Assembly: GCA_041659445.1 (NCBI GenBank)
Contig: JBAZYG010000001.1
Coordinates: 450,001 to 482,000, forward strand
Origin: Candidatus Saccharimonadota bacterium
GTDB lineage: Archaea; Nanobdellota; Nanobdellia; Pacearchaeales; GW2011-AR1
Reading direction: 5' to 3'
Length of the DNA: 32,000 nt
Shown here: positions 16,752 through 25,361 of the stretch, one piece after another
Numbering within the stretch: the first letter of the stretch is position 1
Layout: each line of letters opens with the position of its first letter
Notes under the pieces: model-generated
The model's input: the letters and a program-made list of their open reading frames with translations, nothing else
Told to the model about the DNA's origin: nothing
Database searches by the model: none
Program-made: the position numbers and the translations under genes

Positions 16752-19700
16752 AATATCCCCCATTCAGAAGAATATTCTTTACATAAATTATAATATTTCT
16801 TAAAGAATTCTCCAATTTTTGAGAAAATTTTCTTGAACAAACCTGGAGAATTGTCTTCTGAATTTGAATCTTGATTTGGTTGTTCTAATGAAAAATCACC
16901 CAAAACAATTTTTTCATCTAAAAGATTTTCTTGATCAACTACTACAAAAATTAAATTTCCATTAAATTTAGTATTATGCTTATCATAAGAAATTTTTAGC
17001 ACTTCATTTTCATTATTTAATTTAAAGAAATAATTTTCATGAATGCCTATGGAAAAAAATTGTGAATCTATAGAAAGATTTACAAAATTTTTATTTATAT
17101 CTAATATTTTTAAAATATAAGTATTATTTTCATAAAATAATTTTAAAGTATCATATTTAGAAACTTTTTGTTTTAATTCTTGGGTTGTTAAATTTAAATT
17201 TATTTTATTAAATGGCAACCCGCTCCCACCAGAAGTTGTTGTGACATCTTCACTACTTGAAGGAGTTTCCTCAGAAGAATAATTACTAAAAGATATTACA
17301 TCAAAAATAAAAGTTCCACCAGTATAAGAAACTTCTGTACAATCTGAACAAAAAACTCCGTCTTTTAAAGGTCTTGGATTTGTAAAAGTTAAATCATATA
17401 AAGTTATTCTTGCAGAAGCATTCAAAAAAGTTAAATTACTAGAATTTACGTATGCACTATTTAACCCTATAATTATATAATCATCTAAATTTGCACCTTC
17501 TTCAAGATTTACATTTTCTGAAAAATTAATTTTACCATAAGGATAATTATCAATTACAAAATTTGAAATTTCTGAAACATCTAAATCACTTAAATTAGTT
17601 GAATTTGTTGTAAAACCTTGAAACCTAAAAACAGATAAGTTGTTTGTTGAACTAAAATAAACTTCTGAATCATTATTTGTGCAATTTATACTCCAATTAT
17701 AATGACCAATTGCAAGATTATTCAATGTGAAATTTTGAGTAGTATCTTCGGTAATAGAAATATTTGTTGAATTCAAAATATTGTTTAAAATTAAAGAACA
17801 ATTTTCAATATTTACTCCTGAGTCTGAAACATTATAAGAAAAAGTTACATTTCCGTCAGAGTCTCCTTTTTTATTTCCTGGAGAAATTAATGTTACAACT
17901 GAAACATCTGCAACATTTGTAACATTTACCAAAAAACTATTTACTCCTGTTAAAAATAAAGAATCATATGCTGTGCAAGTAACATTTACTGAACCATAAA
18001 AATTATTTAAAGCTGTTATATTTAGCAATTTTGTTTCATTGTTAACTTCTGAAGTAAAATTTGTTTCATTATCTGAGCAAGTCCAATTAATTAAAGAATC
18101 AGCATCATCTATATCTAAAACATAATTTGATAAATTAATTGTAGAATTTGAATTACCTTCTTCTAATGTCATTAAATCTAAAGAAGAAAAATCTATATTT
18201 GGTGCAGAATTAGAAACAGTAGTATTTGTTAAATTTACAGCTGTGGAGTTTGCTGTTCCATCTCCTGTCCAAACTTCAAGAGTAATATTATCCCCAGCAT
18301 TATATTCAGAAGAATCAAATGTCGCAATTAAAGTGTTTGTATTGTTCGTCGCTGTTTGAGATTGAATTGTTGTATTTGGAGTGTTATTAACATACATTCT
18401 TACATAACCTGTTAAAGTATCTCCTAAATCAGGGTCTGTGATTGTTAAATTTACTAACAAACTAGTATTTGTGTAAACTGTTGCTGGACTTGTTGCATTT
18501 GCTATAATTGTTGGTGCAGTGTTTAAAACTGGAGCTAAATCTTTTAAAGGAAGATAGTCAATATTTCCAGTTGTGCAATTTGAACCTGCAATACAAGATG
18601 CATTTGTTTCAATATCATAAGCCAAATCACAAACACCATTAGCATTACTATCTGCACAAGTTTCAGAATAACCTGTTCCGTCGGGTTTTGCCCAAAAATT
18701 CCCACCATAAGCTAAATCCCCGACGATATTTCTTAAACTAGAATTAAAAGTAGTATTGAAAAGATTATCTGCACCAGTGCTACCAAATTTTACATTCAAA
18801 GAATTATTAAAGAAATTATTGTAAAAATAATTACTATCTGTTCCAAGTTGATTAAAAGTTACTCCTGCTGTTGTAGCATTAGTTAAATTATTATTATAAA
18901 TTTCACTTCCAATACTTGTTGAATCAATATAAATGTTAACTGCATTATTATAAATACTTGAATTGTAAATCCGAATATAATCTGGACTTGATTGTAAATA
19001 AAACCCATTTCCAGTATTACCATAAACTGTGCAATTTGAAAAATTAGAATAATTGCTAGTATAATATAAATGAAACCCGTGTGCTGTAGAATTAATAATA
19101 AAATTCTCAAATAAATTTCTATCCAACCCTTGCCTTAAATAAATTCCTGTAGTTAACGCAGAAGTAGAAGTAATATTAGAAAAATATGAATCTTGAACAA
19201 AATCAAAATACATAGAATATTGAAAATCATTAAATTTACAATTTTTTACAGTTAGATTTTTATACTCACTTCCTGCAGCAGTATCTGCAACAACACCATA
19301 CAAAACTGCATTCCCTCCATCAACTAAATGATTTTGACAATCTAAAGTTACATTACTTGAACTAATAGTAAAACATGTTGAACCAGAATCTGTAACGTCT
19401 GCTGTTAATAGGTATTCTCCTGGAAGATTTAAAGTAGCACATCCAGAAATTTCTCCCCCTCTTTGGACAATTGTGAAAGAATCCATATTTCCCGACGATA
19501 AAGTTGAAGTAAAAGTATAATTTATTGAATTTGTAGAAACTAAAGAACCTGAAGAATTGTAAACATCATGGTTTACTCCAATACTTTCAAAACTTATTGT
19601 TATATTTGTTAAATTATGATCATAATTGTTTGTCATATTACAAGTGTAATTTCCCTGTGAATTTTGTGAACAATTTACTTTTAAGTTCTGCCAATCTGTG

Positions 19701-20944
19701 ATTCCGTCTGCAGTATAACCTGTTCTATTTGAATCATGCCCAATTAAAGTATAATCTCCTGAACCTGTTCCAAAATCAAATGCATATAAATTTCCGTCGT
19801 CAGTTACAACATAAATATTTCCTTGAGCAATAGAAGTGTAACCAAAAACATCTTCATTGACATGATATTTCCAAATAAAATTTCCATTTGTTTCGTTTAT
19901 AGCATAAATGTAACCATCTCCGCCTGTAGCAGCGTCGCAACTAGCACATATCACATTAAAAAAAATCATTCCATTAGAAATTGCAGGTTGATTATAAATT
20001 GCATCAGTACCGTCGGCACCAGAATCATAAAATATCCATTTTTCAGTTCCATTCAAATAATAAGAATGTACTAAATCTGTGGTTGTTACTGTAGTTGTTT
20101 TTCCAATGAAAAAAACATCGTCGTGAACTGAAGGAGTACTTATAGTGTTAAAAGAGGCAGTATCCCAAACAACTGAACCATTTTCAAGATACCTTGATAA
20201 TAAAAGTGGTCCTCCTGCAGAAGAACCAATAAAAATTTGATTGTTATATAAAATTGGAGAACTATCCCAAAAAGTTCCTTCATCTCTTGCCCAAAGTTGA
20301 GTTCCTGTTGTAATATTATATGCTGCTAAATCTTCATTTGTTTCAGAATTTGATGTTGCAATAATTAAATATTCTCCATACAATAAAGGCTCTGCAGCAA
20401 TTGCGGCTGTTCCAACTCCAATAGTGTCATTCCATATGTAAGCTCCTGTTGTTCTATTTAAAACAACAAATGTATTTGAAGCATATGAAATCGCAATTAA
20501 ATAATTTTCATCTAATGCAACACCTTGAGAAAATTTCATTGCTGTTGGACTTGTATAATTCCAAATTTGAATTCCTGTTGTAGAATTTATTGCCCACACA
20601 TTATTAAAAGAATTATAAATAGTTCCGTTGTAATAAACAGGCCCTCCGAAACCAGTCAATCCTGCTCCAGAATTTCCAACATCAAATTCCCATATAATAC
20701 TTCCATTTGTTGCATTAACTGCATAAGTTTTATTATCTCGTCGTGAATTTACAAACAAAGTATCGTTTGCATAAACTGCAATTGCCTGTTCGTCATAAGT
20801 TCCTGTAACATTTGCTGTCCAAAGCAATTCATGACCATAAGTAGTTCTAGATGTATTCAAATCAACTAAAACAGAAGTTGCAGAAATACTTGGAAGAATT
20901 AACAAAGAAATTAATAAAACAAAAAAGAAGAAATTTTTTTTCAT
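16748..20944 (-). CDS. Giant secreted surface protein (1398 aa): signal peptide, PQQ-like beta-propeller, right-handed beta-helix (NosD/PbH1-like), Asn/Ser/Thr-rich Ig-like region and an unknown C-terminal domain
   Basis: Signal peptide MKKNFFFFVLLISLLILPSISA. There are about 7-8 propeller blades with (T/N)G..(I/L)W motifs (about nt 20840-19750). A beta-helix has repetitive N..(F/I).N..G(F/I).L units and GGNFWAKPDGTGYSETCADSNANGVCD (about nt 19440-18560). Dozens of N-x-S/T sequons follow. Coordinates within the protein are approximate. Confidence 0.8.
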   Translation of the reverse strand: MKKNFFFFVLLISLLILPSISATSVLVDLNTSRTTYGHELLWTANVTGTYDEQAIAVYANDTLFVNSRRDNKTYAVNATNGSIIWEFDVGNSGAGLTGFGGPVYYNGTIYNSFNNVWAINSTTGIQIWNYTSPTAMKFSQGVALDENYLIAISYASNTFVVLNRTTGAYIWNDTIGVGTAAIAAEPLLYGEYLIIATSNSETNEDLAAYNITTGTQLWARDEGTFWDSSPILYNNQIFIGSSAGGPLLLSRYLENGSVVWDTASFNTISTPSVHDDVFFIGKTTTVTTTDLVHSYYLNGTEKWIFYDSGADGTDAIYNQPAISNGMIFFNVICASCDAATGGDGYIYAINETNGNFIWKYHVNEDVFGYTSIAQGNIYVVTDDGNLYAFDFGTGSGDYTLIGHDSNRTGYTADGITDWQNLKVNCSQNSQGNYTCNMTNNYDHNLTNITISFESIGVNHDVYNSSGSLVSTNSINYTFTSTLSSGNMDSFTIVQRGGEISGCATLNLPGEYLLTADVTDSGSTCFTISSSNVTLDCQNHLVDGGNAVLYGVVADTAAGSEYKNLTVKNCKFNDFQYSMYFDFVQDSYFSNITSTSALTTGIYLRQGLDRNLFENFIINSTAHGFHLYYTSNYSNFSNCTVYGNTGNGFYLQSSPDYIRIYNSSIYNNAVNIYIDSTSIGSEIYNNNLTNATTAGVTFNQLGTDSNYFYNNFFNNSLNVKFGSTGADNLFNTTFNSSLRNIVGDLAYGGNFWAKPDGTGYSETCADSNANGVCDLAYDIETNASCIAGSNCTTGNIDYLPLKDLAPVLNTAPTIIANATSPATVYTNTSLLVNLTITDPDLGDTLTGYVRMYVNNTPNTTIQSQTATNNTNTLIATFDSSEYNAGDNITLEVWTGDGTANSTAVNLTNTTVSNSAPNIDFSSLDLMTLEEGNSNSTINLSNYVLDIDDADSLINWTCSDNETNFTSEVNNETKLLNITALNNFYGSVNVTCTAYDSLFLTGVNSFLVNVTNVADVSVVTLISPGNKKGDSDGNVTFSYNVSDSGVNIENCSLILNNILNSTNISITEDTTQNFTLNNLAIGHYNWSINCTNNDSEVYFSSTNNLSVFRFQGFTTNSTNLSDLDVSEISNFVIDNYPYGKINFSENVNLEEGANLDDYIIIGLNSAYVNSSNLTFLNASARITLYDLTFTNPRPLKDGVFCSDCTEVSYTGGTFIFDVISFSNYSSEETPSSSEDVTTTSGGSGLPFNKINLNLTTQELKQKVSKYDTLKLFYENNTYILKILDINKNFVNLSIDSQFFSIGIHENYFFKLNNENEVLKISYDKHNTKFNGNLIFVVVDQENLLDEKIVLGDFSLEQPNQDSNSEDNSPGLFKKIFSKIGEFFKKYYNLCKEYSSEWGIF

Positions 20945-21123
20945 TTTATATTTAACTCCTTTTTTATTTTCAAAATTTCTTCTGCTTCTGAAATTTTTTT
21001 CAAGGCATTGTTTAGAAAATTAGAAACAGCAGGTTGAGTAATTTTTAATTTTTTAGCAATTTCTAATTGAGTCATATTCTTGTTTTTAAGTTCCAAAACT
21101 TCTCTCTCTTTTTCTGTTAGCAT
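20941..21123 (-). CDS. Small HTH DNA-binding protein (60 aa; Tfx / LuxR / sigma-70 region-4-like)
   Basis: LTEKEREVLELKNKNMTQLEIAKKLKITQPAVSNFLNNALKKI is a classic region-4-type HTH. Its stop overlaps the start of the giant surface-protein gene (ATGA). Confidence 0.7.
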   Translation of the reverse strand: MLTEKEREVLELKNKNMTQLEIAKKLKITQPAVSNFLNNALKKISEAEEILKIKKELNIK

Positions 21124-21237
21124 TATAATTTATAGTAATTATATTAGTATTATAAGTATTATGGTTTTTAAAGGTTTTGATGGTCATGTATACTTAAATA
21201 TAAATATATTTAAAAATAAATTTATTGTAAAATTTTT

Positions 21238-21714
21238 ATGAAACTCGATAAAAAAATTTGTATAAAAGATTATACAAAGTTTGAGCCAAGCGAAATTTAT
21301 GAAATGGCGAGACATATTGCAATTACTAAAGGACATGTTTCAATTGGATTAAATGATAAAAAAAACATTGGAGATTCAATAATCCATATTTTTTCAAATG
21401 TTCCAAAAAACAATATAAACATTATTCACACATTAGAAGAACCAAAAATTAAAATCGCAAATCATCAAGAACTTGTTAACATTATAAATGACCTTCCAAT
21501 GGGAGAAATAAAAATTTATAACCAATGGCCTGTCAAATTAATTCTTAGTTCAAATGAGATACATGAAGGAGAATTATTATTCCATCAATTAACAGAGGAT
21601 CCTCTGACAAATAATAAATTTTTATTTGGAAAATGGATTCTGAAATTGGTTGAATTATATAAACACTCAATAGCTCAACCAAAGACTGACCCAAGATATG
21701 AGCCTTTTAGGTAA
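21238..21714 (+). CDS. Hypothetical protein (158 aa) immediately upstream of psmA
   Basis: ATG ORF on the same strand as the exosome superoperon. No motif recognised. Confidence 0.55.
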   Translation: MKLDKKICIKDYTKFEPSEIYEMARHIAITKGHVSIGLNDKKNIGDSIIHIFSNVPKNNINIIHTLEEPKIKIANHQELVNIINDLPMGEIKIYNQWPVKLILSSNEIHEGELLFHQLTEDPLTNNKFLFGKWILKLVELYKHSIAQPKTDPRYEPFR

Positions 21715-21799
21715 AGTTTATAAAATAAATTTTACTCCAAAAAGTTTAAAAACTAGTAATTTTTCTAAAAATAGAGAAGAAAAGAAAAAGAAATTAAGA

Positions 21800-21807
21800 T
21801 TATTAAA
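21800..21807 (+). promoter_or_regulatory. TATA-like box (TTATTAAA) for psmA
   Basis: Begins 27 nt upstream of ATG 21827. A second TTTATAAA at 21717-21724 is an alternative candidate. Confidence 0.3.
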
Positions 21808-21826
21808 TTCTCACAAAAAACATAAA

Positions 21827-22549
21827 ATGGAAATGCCTATAGATATGCAACACCAACAAATGGGGTATGATAGAACTGCTACAATGTTTACTCCTGAAGG
21901 ACATTTATTACAGGTAGAGTATGCTGAAAAAGCAGTAAGACTTGGAAGTTCAAGTATTGGAATGGTTTGCTCTGATGGGGTTTTTATACTTTCTGATAAA
22001 AGAAATGAAGACAAATTAATTGTTCCAAGTTCTGCGAACAAAATTCATGAAATTGATGAACACATAATTGTAAGTATCGCAGGAATTGTTTCAGATGCAA
22101 GAGTTTTAATTGACAGGTCCCAAGTTTTAGCACAGCAACATCGAGTAACTTATGATTCTCCTATTGAAATTGAAACAGTTATAAAAGAAATTTCAAACTT
22201 AAAACAACAATTTAGCCAGTATGGTGGTGCAAGACCTTTTGGTGTTTCATTAATGCTTGCTGGAGTTTACAACAAAAAATTCCAACTTTACACAAGTTAT
22301 GTAACTGGAAATTATTTTGAATATTATGCAAATGCTATTGGAGAAAATGACGAAAAAATAAGAGATAAATTAAAAGAAGTATATAAAAAAGATTTAACAA
22401 TTAAAAAAGGCGTGAAAATTGCTTTAGATATTTTTAAAGAAATTCAAGGACAAAAATTTGATATAGACAGGTTTGAACTTGTTTATCTTTCAAAAGAACA
22501 TGAAAAAATGCAAAGACTTGAAGGAAATAAAATTAACGAATTAAAATGA
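21827..22549 (+). CDS. psmA: Proteasome alpha subunit
   Basis: QMGYDRTATMFTPEGHLLQVEYAEKA is the canonical alpha N-terminus. The ORF is open from ATG 21698, but those 43 extra residues (K/N-rich) have no alpha-subunit counterpart and overlap the previous gene, so I call ATG 21827 as the start. Confidence 0.88.
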   Translation: MEMPIDMQHQQMGYDRTATMFTPEGHLLQVEYAEKAVRLGSSSIGMVCSDGVFILSDKRNEDKLIVPSSANKIHEIDEHIIVSIAGIVSDARVLIDRSQVLAQQHRVTYDSPIEIETVIKEISNLKQQFSQYGGARPFGVSLMLAGVYNKKFQLYTSYVTGNYFEYYANAIGENDEKIRDKLKEVYKKDLTIKKGVKIALDIFKEIQGQKFDIDRFELVYLSKEHEKMQRLEGNKINELK

Positions 22550-22558
22550 ACGAATTAA
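22535..22558 (+). repeat. 14-nt tandem duplication AACGAATTAA-AATG-AACGAATTAA spanning the psmA stop and the next start
   Basis: Exact 10-mer AACGAATTAA at 22535-22544 and at 22549-22558, separated by AATG. The first copy encodes NELK-stop and the second encodes (M)NELR. Confidence 0.85.
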
Positions 22559-22710
22559 GAGACAAATTAAAAAAATTAGGAATTGATTATGAAAGTTTTG
22601 AAAGAAGAACAAGAATTTATGAATTAGCAAGAGAAGCAGAAGAAAGAACAAGATTAGAAGAAATGAATAAACTCGAGGAGGATATTATTATACAATACTT
22701 AAAAAATTAA
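22546..22710 (+). CDS. Un-tracked small ORF (54 aa), highly charged and helical; possible split-off C-terminal tail of PsmA
   Basis: ATG 22546 overlaps the psmA TGA (ATGA). Translation is MNELRDKLKKLGIDYESFERRTRIYELAREAEERTRLEEMNKLEEDIIIQYLKN, with TAA at 22708-22710 followed by A-ATG of the next gene. It exactly fills the otherwise unexplained 162-nt gap. Confidence 0.5.
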   Translation: MNELRDKLKKLGIDYESFERRTRIYELAREAEERTRLEEMNKLEEDIIIQYLKN

Positions 22711-22711
22711 A

Positions 22712-22975
22712 ATGACAATCAAAAAATATCAATTTAATAATTATGCCTATGGAACATTTTGCAGTGAATTCAGGGAAAATATTGTAGAGAAAAGAGAATT
22801 TGATAAAGGATTTTACAACTATAGTATTTTTAATATAAATAATACCACTGTAACTTTAATGAAAATGGGAACAAATTCAAAAAAAGTTTTAACAATAGGA
22901 TTGAATGAAAAAGAAATAGATAAAACTATTAAATTAATTAAATCAAAAGGATTTCAATTAGAGGAAATAATTTAA
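22712..22975 (+). CDS. Paralog 1 (87 aa) of an unrecognised small-protein family, upstream of SBDS
   Basis: Homologous to the ORFs at 24361 and 25362. The C-terminus IDKTIKLIKSKGFQLEEII matches IKKVVKSIKSKGFSLEEIN at 13/19 residues, and it shares SEF...GF..Y motifs. TAA-A-ATG junctions on both sides. Confidence 0.7.
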   Translation: MTIKKYQFNNYAYGTFCSEFRENIVEKREFDKGFYNYSIFNINNTTVTLMKMGTNSKKVLTIGLNEKEIDKTIKLIKSKGFQLEEII

Positions 22976-22976
22976 A

Positions 22977-23648
22977 ATGACTAACACTACTGCGAGAATA
23001 AAGAAAAACGGAATTAATTTTGAAATTCTTGTAGACATGGACAACGCATTAAAATTCAGAAAAGGTGAAATTAATTTTATCAACGCTGAAGGAGACAAAA
23101 TATTTTCAGATGTAAAAAAAGGTACTGCTTCATCAAAAGATGATTTAGAAATTGCTTTTAACACTACTGATACTGATGAAATTGCAAAAGTGATTGTAAA
23201 ACACGGAGACGTTTTAGTTAATCAAGAACATAGAGACGAGGAAAAAGAAAAAAGAATAAGACAAGTTGTTGATTTTTTATCAAAAAATGCTATAGACCCT
23301 AAGACAGGACATCCACATTCTCCGAATAGAATAAGAGATGCACTAGAACAAGCACATGTTAACATAAAAAATGTTCCTATTGAAAATCAAATTTCAGAAA
23401 TTTTAGAACACATTGCAAAACTAATTCCAATAAAAATTGAAACAAAGAAAATAAAAGTTAGAATTCCTGCAATACAAACTGGAAAAGCTTATGGAATTGT
23501 AAGCCAATATAAAGGAAGCGAAAAGTGGCTTGAAAACGGAGATTTAGAAACTATTGTTGAAATTCCTGCTGGCATGATTTTGGATTTTTATGATAAATTA
23601 AACTCAATAACACACGGAAGTGCCTTAACAGAGGAAATAAAACAATAA
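22977..23648 (+). CDS. SBDS-family ribosome maturation protein (Sdo1 homolog)
   Basis: 223 aa. The N-terminus (ARIKKNGINFEILVDMDNALKFRKGE) and overall length and pattern are typical of archaeal SBDS, and it holds the canonical superoperon position. Confidence 0.85.
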   Translation: MTNTTARIKKNGINFEILVDMDNALKFRKGEINFINAEGDKIFSDVKKGTASSKDDLEIAFNTTDTDEIAKVIVKHGDVLVNQEHRDEEKEKRIRQVVDFLSKNAIDPKTGHPHSPNRIRDALEQAHVNIKNVPIENQISEILEHIAKLIPIKIETKKIKVRIPAIQTGKAYGIVSQYKGSEKWLENGDLETIVEIPAGMILDFYDKLNSITHGSALTEEIKQ

Positions 23649-23658
23649 AAACGAAAGA

Positions 23659-23666
23659 CATATAAA
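23659..23666 (+). promoter_or_regulatory. TATA-like box (CATATAAA), candidate internal promoter for rrp4
   Basis: Lies in the only real gap of the operon (39 nt) and begins 29 nt upstream of ATG 23688. No SD-like element. Confidence 0.35.
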
Positions 23667-23687
23667 CTAAAAATAAGACAAACTAAA

Positions 23688-24359
23688 ATGACAGAAAATA
23701 AAAGAAGAGCAGCAATACCTGGAGAGATAATCGCCGAAGGCGAAGAATATTTACCTGGAGAAAATACTGAAAAAAGAAATAATAAAATTTATTCTTTGAG
23801 ATATGGATTAATTGAAGAATCAAACAACCTTGTAAGAATAATTCCTTTATCAGGAATTTACGAACCTCGACGAGGAAATGTAGTTATAGGAAAAGTAGAA
23901 TTAGTTACATTCAATGGATGGGTTATTGATATTGGAACCTCTCAAAATGCTTTTTTGAGTTTATCTGAAGTACCAAGATTTGTTAACAAAGATGAAATAG
24001 ACGAAGTAATGGACATTGGAGATATGGTTATGATAAAAATTGTTTCATCAAACAAAAGAGGAATTGATGCTACAATAAAAGGAAGAGGACTTGGAAAAAT
24101 AGAAGAAGGAATTATTTTTGATATTAACTCACATAAAGTTCCAAGAGTAATAGGAAAAGAAGGAAGCATGATTAAATTAATAAAAGACGAGACAAATGCA
24201 AATGTCAGCGTCGGACAAAATGGTAAAATCTGGATAAAAGGAGACAAAGTTGAAGAAGAACTTTTAGCAAAAAAAGCAATAATGTTCATATCAGAAAGAT
24301 CTTTTATTTCTGGATTAACTGAAGAAGTAATTAAATGGTTCAACGAGAGGAAAAAATAA
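23688..24359 (+). CDS. rrp4: Exosome cap subunit Rrp4 (N-terminal domain, S1 and KH)
   Basis: S1 domain (GNVVIGKVELVTFNGWVIDIGTSQNAFLSLSEV) and KH domain (VPRVIGKEGSMIKLIKDETNANVSVGQNGKIWIKG). Confidence 0.9.
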   Translation: MTENKRRAAIPGEIIAEGEEYLPGENTEKRNNKIYSLRYGLIEESNNLVRIIPLSGIYEPRRGNVVIGKVELVTFNGWVIDIGTSQNAFLSLSEVPRFVNKDEIDEVMDIGDMVMIKIVSSNKRGIDATIKGRGLGKIEEGIIFDINSHKVPRVIGKEGSMIKLIKDETNANVSVGQNGKIWIKGDKVEEELLAKKAIMFISERSFISGLTEEVIKWFNERKK

Positions 24360-24373
24360 AATGACAACAAAAA
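24357..24373 (+). repeat. 17-nt direct repeat, copy 1 (TAAAATGACAACAAAAA) at the rrp4/paralog-2 junction
   Basis: Exact match to 24646-24662. It covers the stop codon, the 1-nt spacer and the first four codons (MTTK). Confidence 0.85.
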
Positions 24374-24648
24374 ATTATAATATCTTTTTAAAAGAAGACT
24401 TGAATTTGAAGCAGTGTTATAGCGAATTTTTTGGAAATTACAGGGATTACATAAAAAAAATTGGAGATGGCTTTACTACCTATGATTTTAAAGATACTGC
24501 AATAATTTTATTTGGAAACTTAACAGACATAAAACAAATTAGAACAAAGGGCGTTAATAATTTGCATTTAATTGGAACAGAAGATAATATTAAAAAAGTT
24601 GTTAAAAGTATAAAATCAAAAGGATTTTCATTGGAGGAAATAAATTAA
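24361..24648 (+). CDS. Paralog 2 (95 aa) of the unrecognised small-protein family, upstream of rrp41
   Basis: See paralog 1. It shares GVNNLHL with GVNTLNL of paralog 3, and YSEFFGNY with YEEFYDTY. GGAGGA lies in its last codons, 11 nt before the rrp41 ATG. Confidence 0.7.
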   Translation: MTTKNYNIFLKEDLNLKQCYSEFFGNYRDYIKKIGDGFTTYDFKDTAIILFGNLTDIKQIRTKGVNNLHLIGTEDNIKKVVKSIKSKGFSLEEIN

Positions 24649-24662
24649 AATGACAACAAAAA
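24646..24662 (+). repeat. 17-nt direct repeat, copy 2 (TAAAATGACAACAAAAA) at the paralog-2/rrp41 junction
   Basis: Exact match to 24357-24373, with the copies spaced 289 nt apart. Confidence 0.85.
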
Positions 24663-25360
24663 CATTCAAAAGACCAGACGGAAGAAAACCTGAAGAATTA
24701 AGACCAATAAAAGCAAAAGTTGGAATTATCCCAAATGCCGACGGAAGTGCAATGTATCAATCAGGAGACACAATCGCGATTGCTGCAGTTTATGGTCCAA
24801 GAAAAATGCATCCGCAACATCAGCAAGATCCGAAAAAAGCTCAATTAAGATGCACTTACAATATGTTAAGTTTCTCAGTTAATGATAGAATTAAACCTGG
24901 AACTAGTAGAAGAAGCACTGAAATTAGTAAAATAACTGAATGGGCTTTAGAACCTGTTTTAATTTTAGACAAATTCCCAAATATGGTTGTAGATGTTTTT
25001 ATCCAAATAACTCAAGCAGACGCAGGAACAAGATGCGCAGGAATAAATGCAGCTTCAATGGCTCTTGCTCATGCAGGAATTCCAATGAAAAATCTTATAA
25101 CTAGTGTTTCTGTTGGAAAATTAGATAAAAATTTAGTTGTTGATTTAACTAAAGAAGAAGAAGATTTTGAAGAAGGAGAAGGACCTACAGACATTCCTGT
25201 TTCAATGACTCCAGAAGGAGAAATAACACATTTACAATTAGACGGAAAAATAAGTCCAACTCAATTAAAAGAAGCAATTGACATGGCAAAAAAAGCTTGT
25301 AATCAAATTTATGAAATTCAAAAAGAAGCTTTAACAAAATCAATAGAGGAAAAAGGATAA
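24650..25360 (+). CDS. rrp41: Exosome RNase PH-ring catalytic subunit Rrp41
   Basis: RPDGRKPEELRPIKAKVGIIPNADGSAMYQSGDTIAIAAVYGP is the canonical RNase PH domain 1 signature; 236 aa. Confidence 0.92.
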   Translation: MTTKTFKRPDGRKPEELRPIKAKVGIIPNADGSAMYQSGDTIAIAAVYGPRKMHPQHQQDPKKAQLRCTYNMLSFSVNDRIKPGTSRRSTEISKITEWALEPVLILDKFPNMVVDVFIQITQADAGTRCAGINAASMALAHAGIPMKNLITSVSVGKLDKNLVVDLTKEEEDFEEGEGPTDIPVSMTPEGEITHLQLDGKISPTQLKEAIDMAKKACNQIYEIQKEALTKSIEEKG

Positions 25361-25361
25361 A

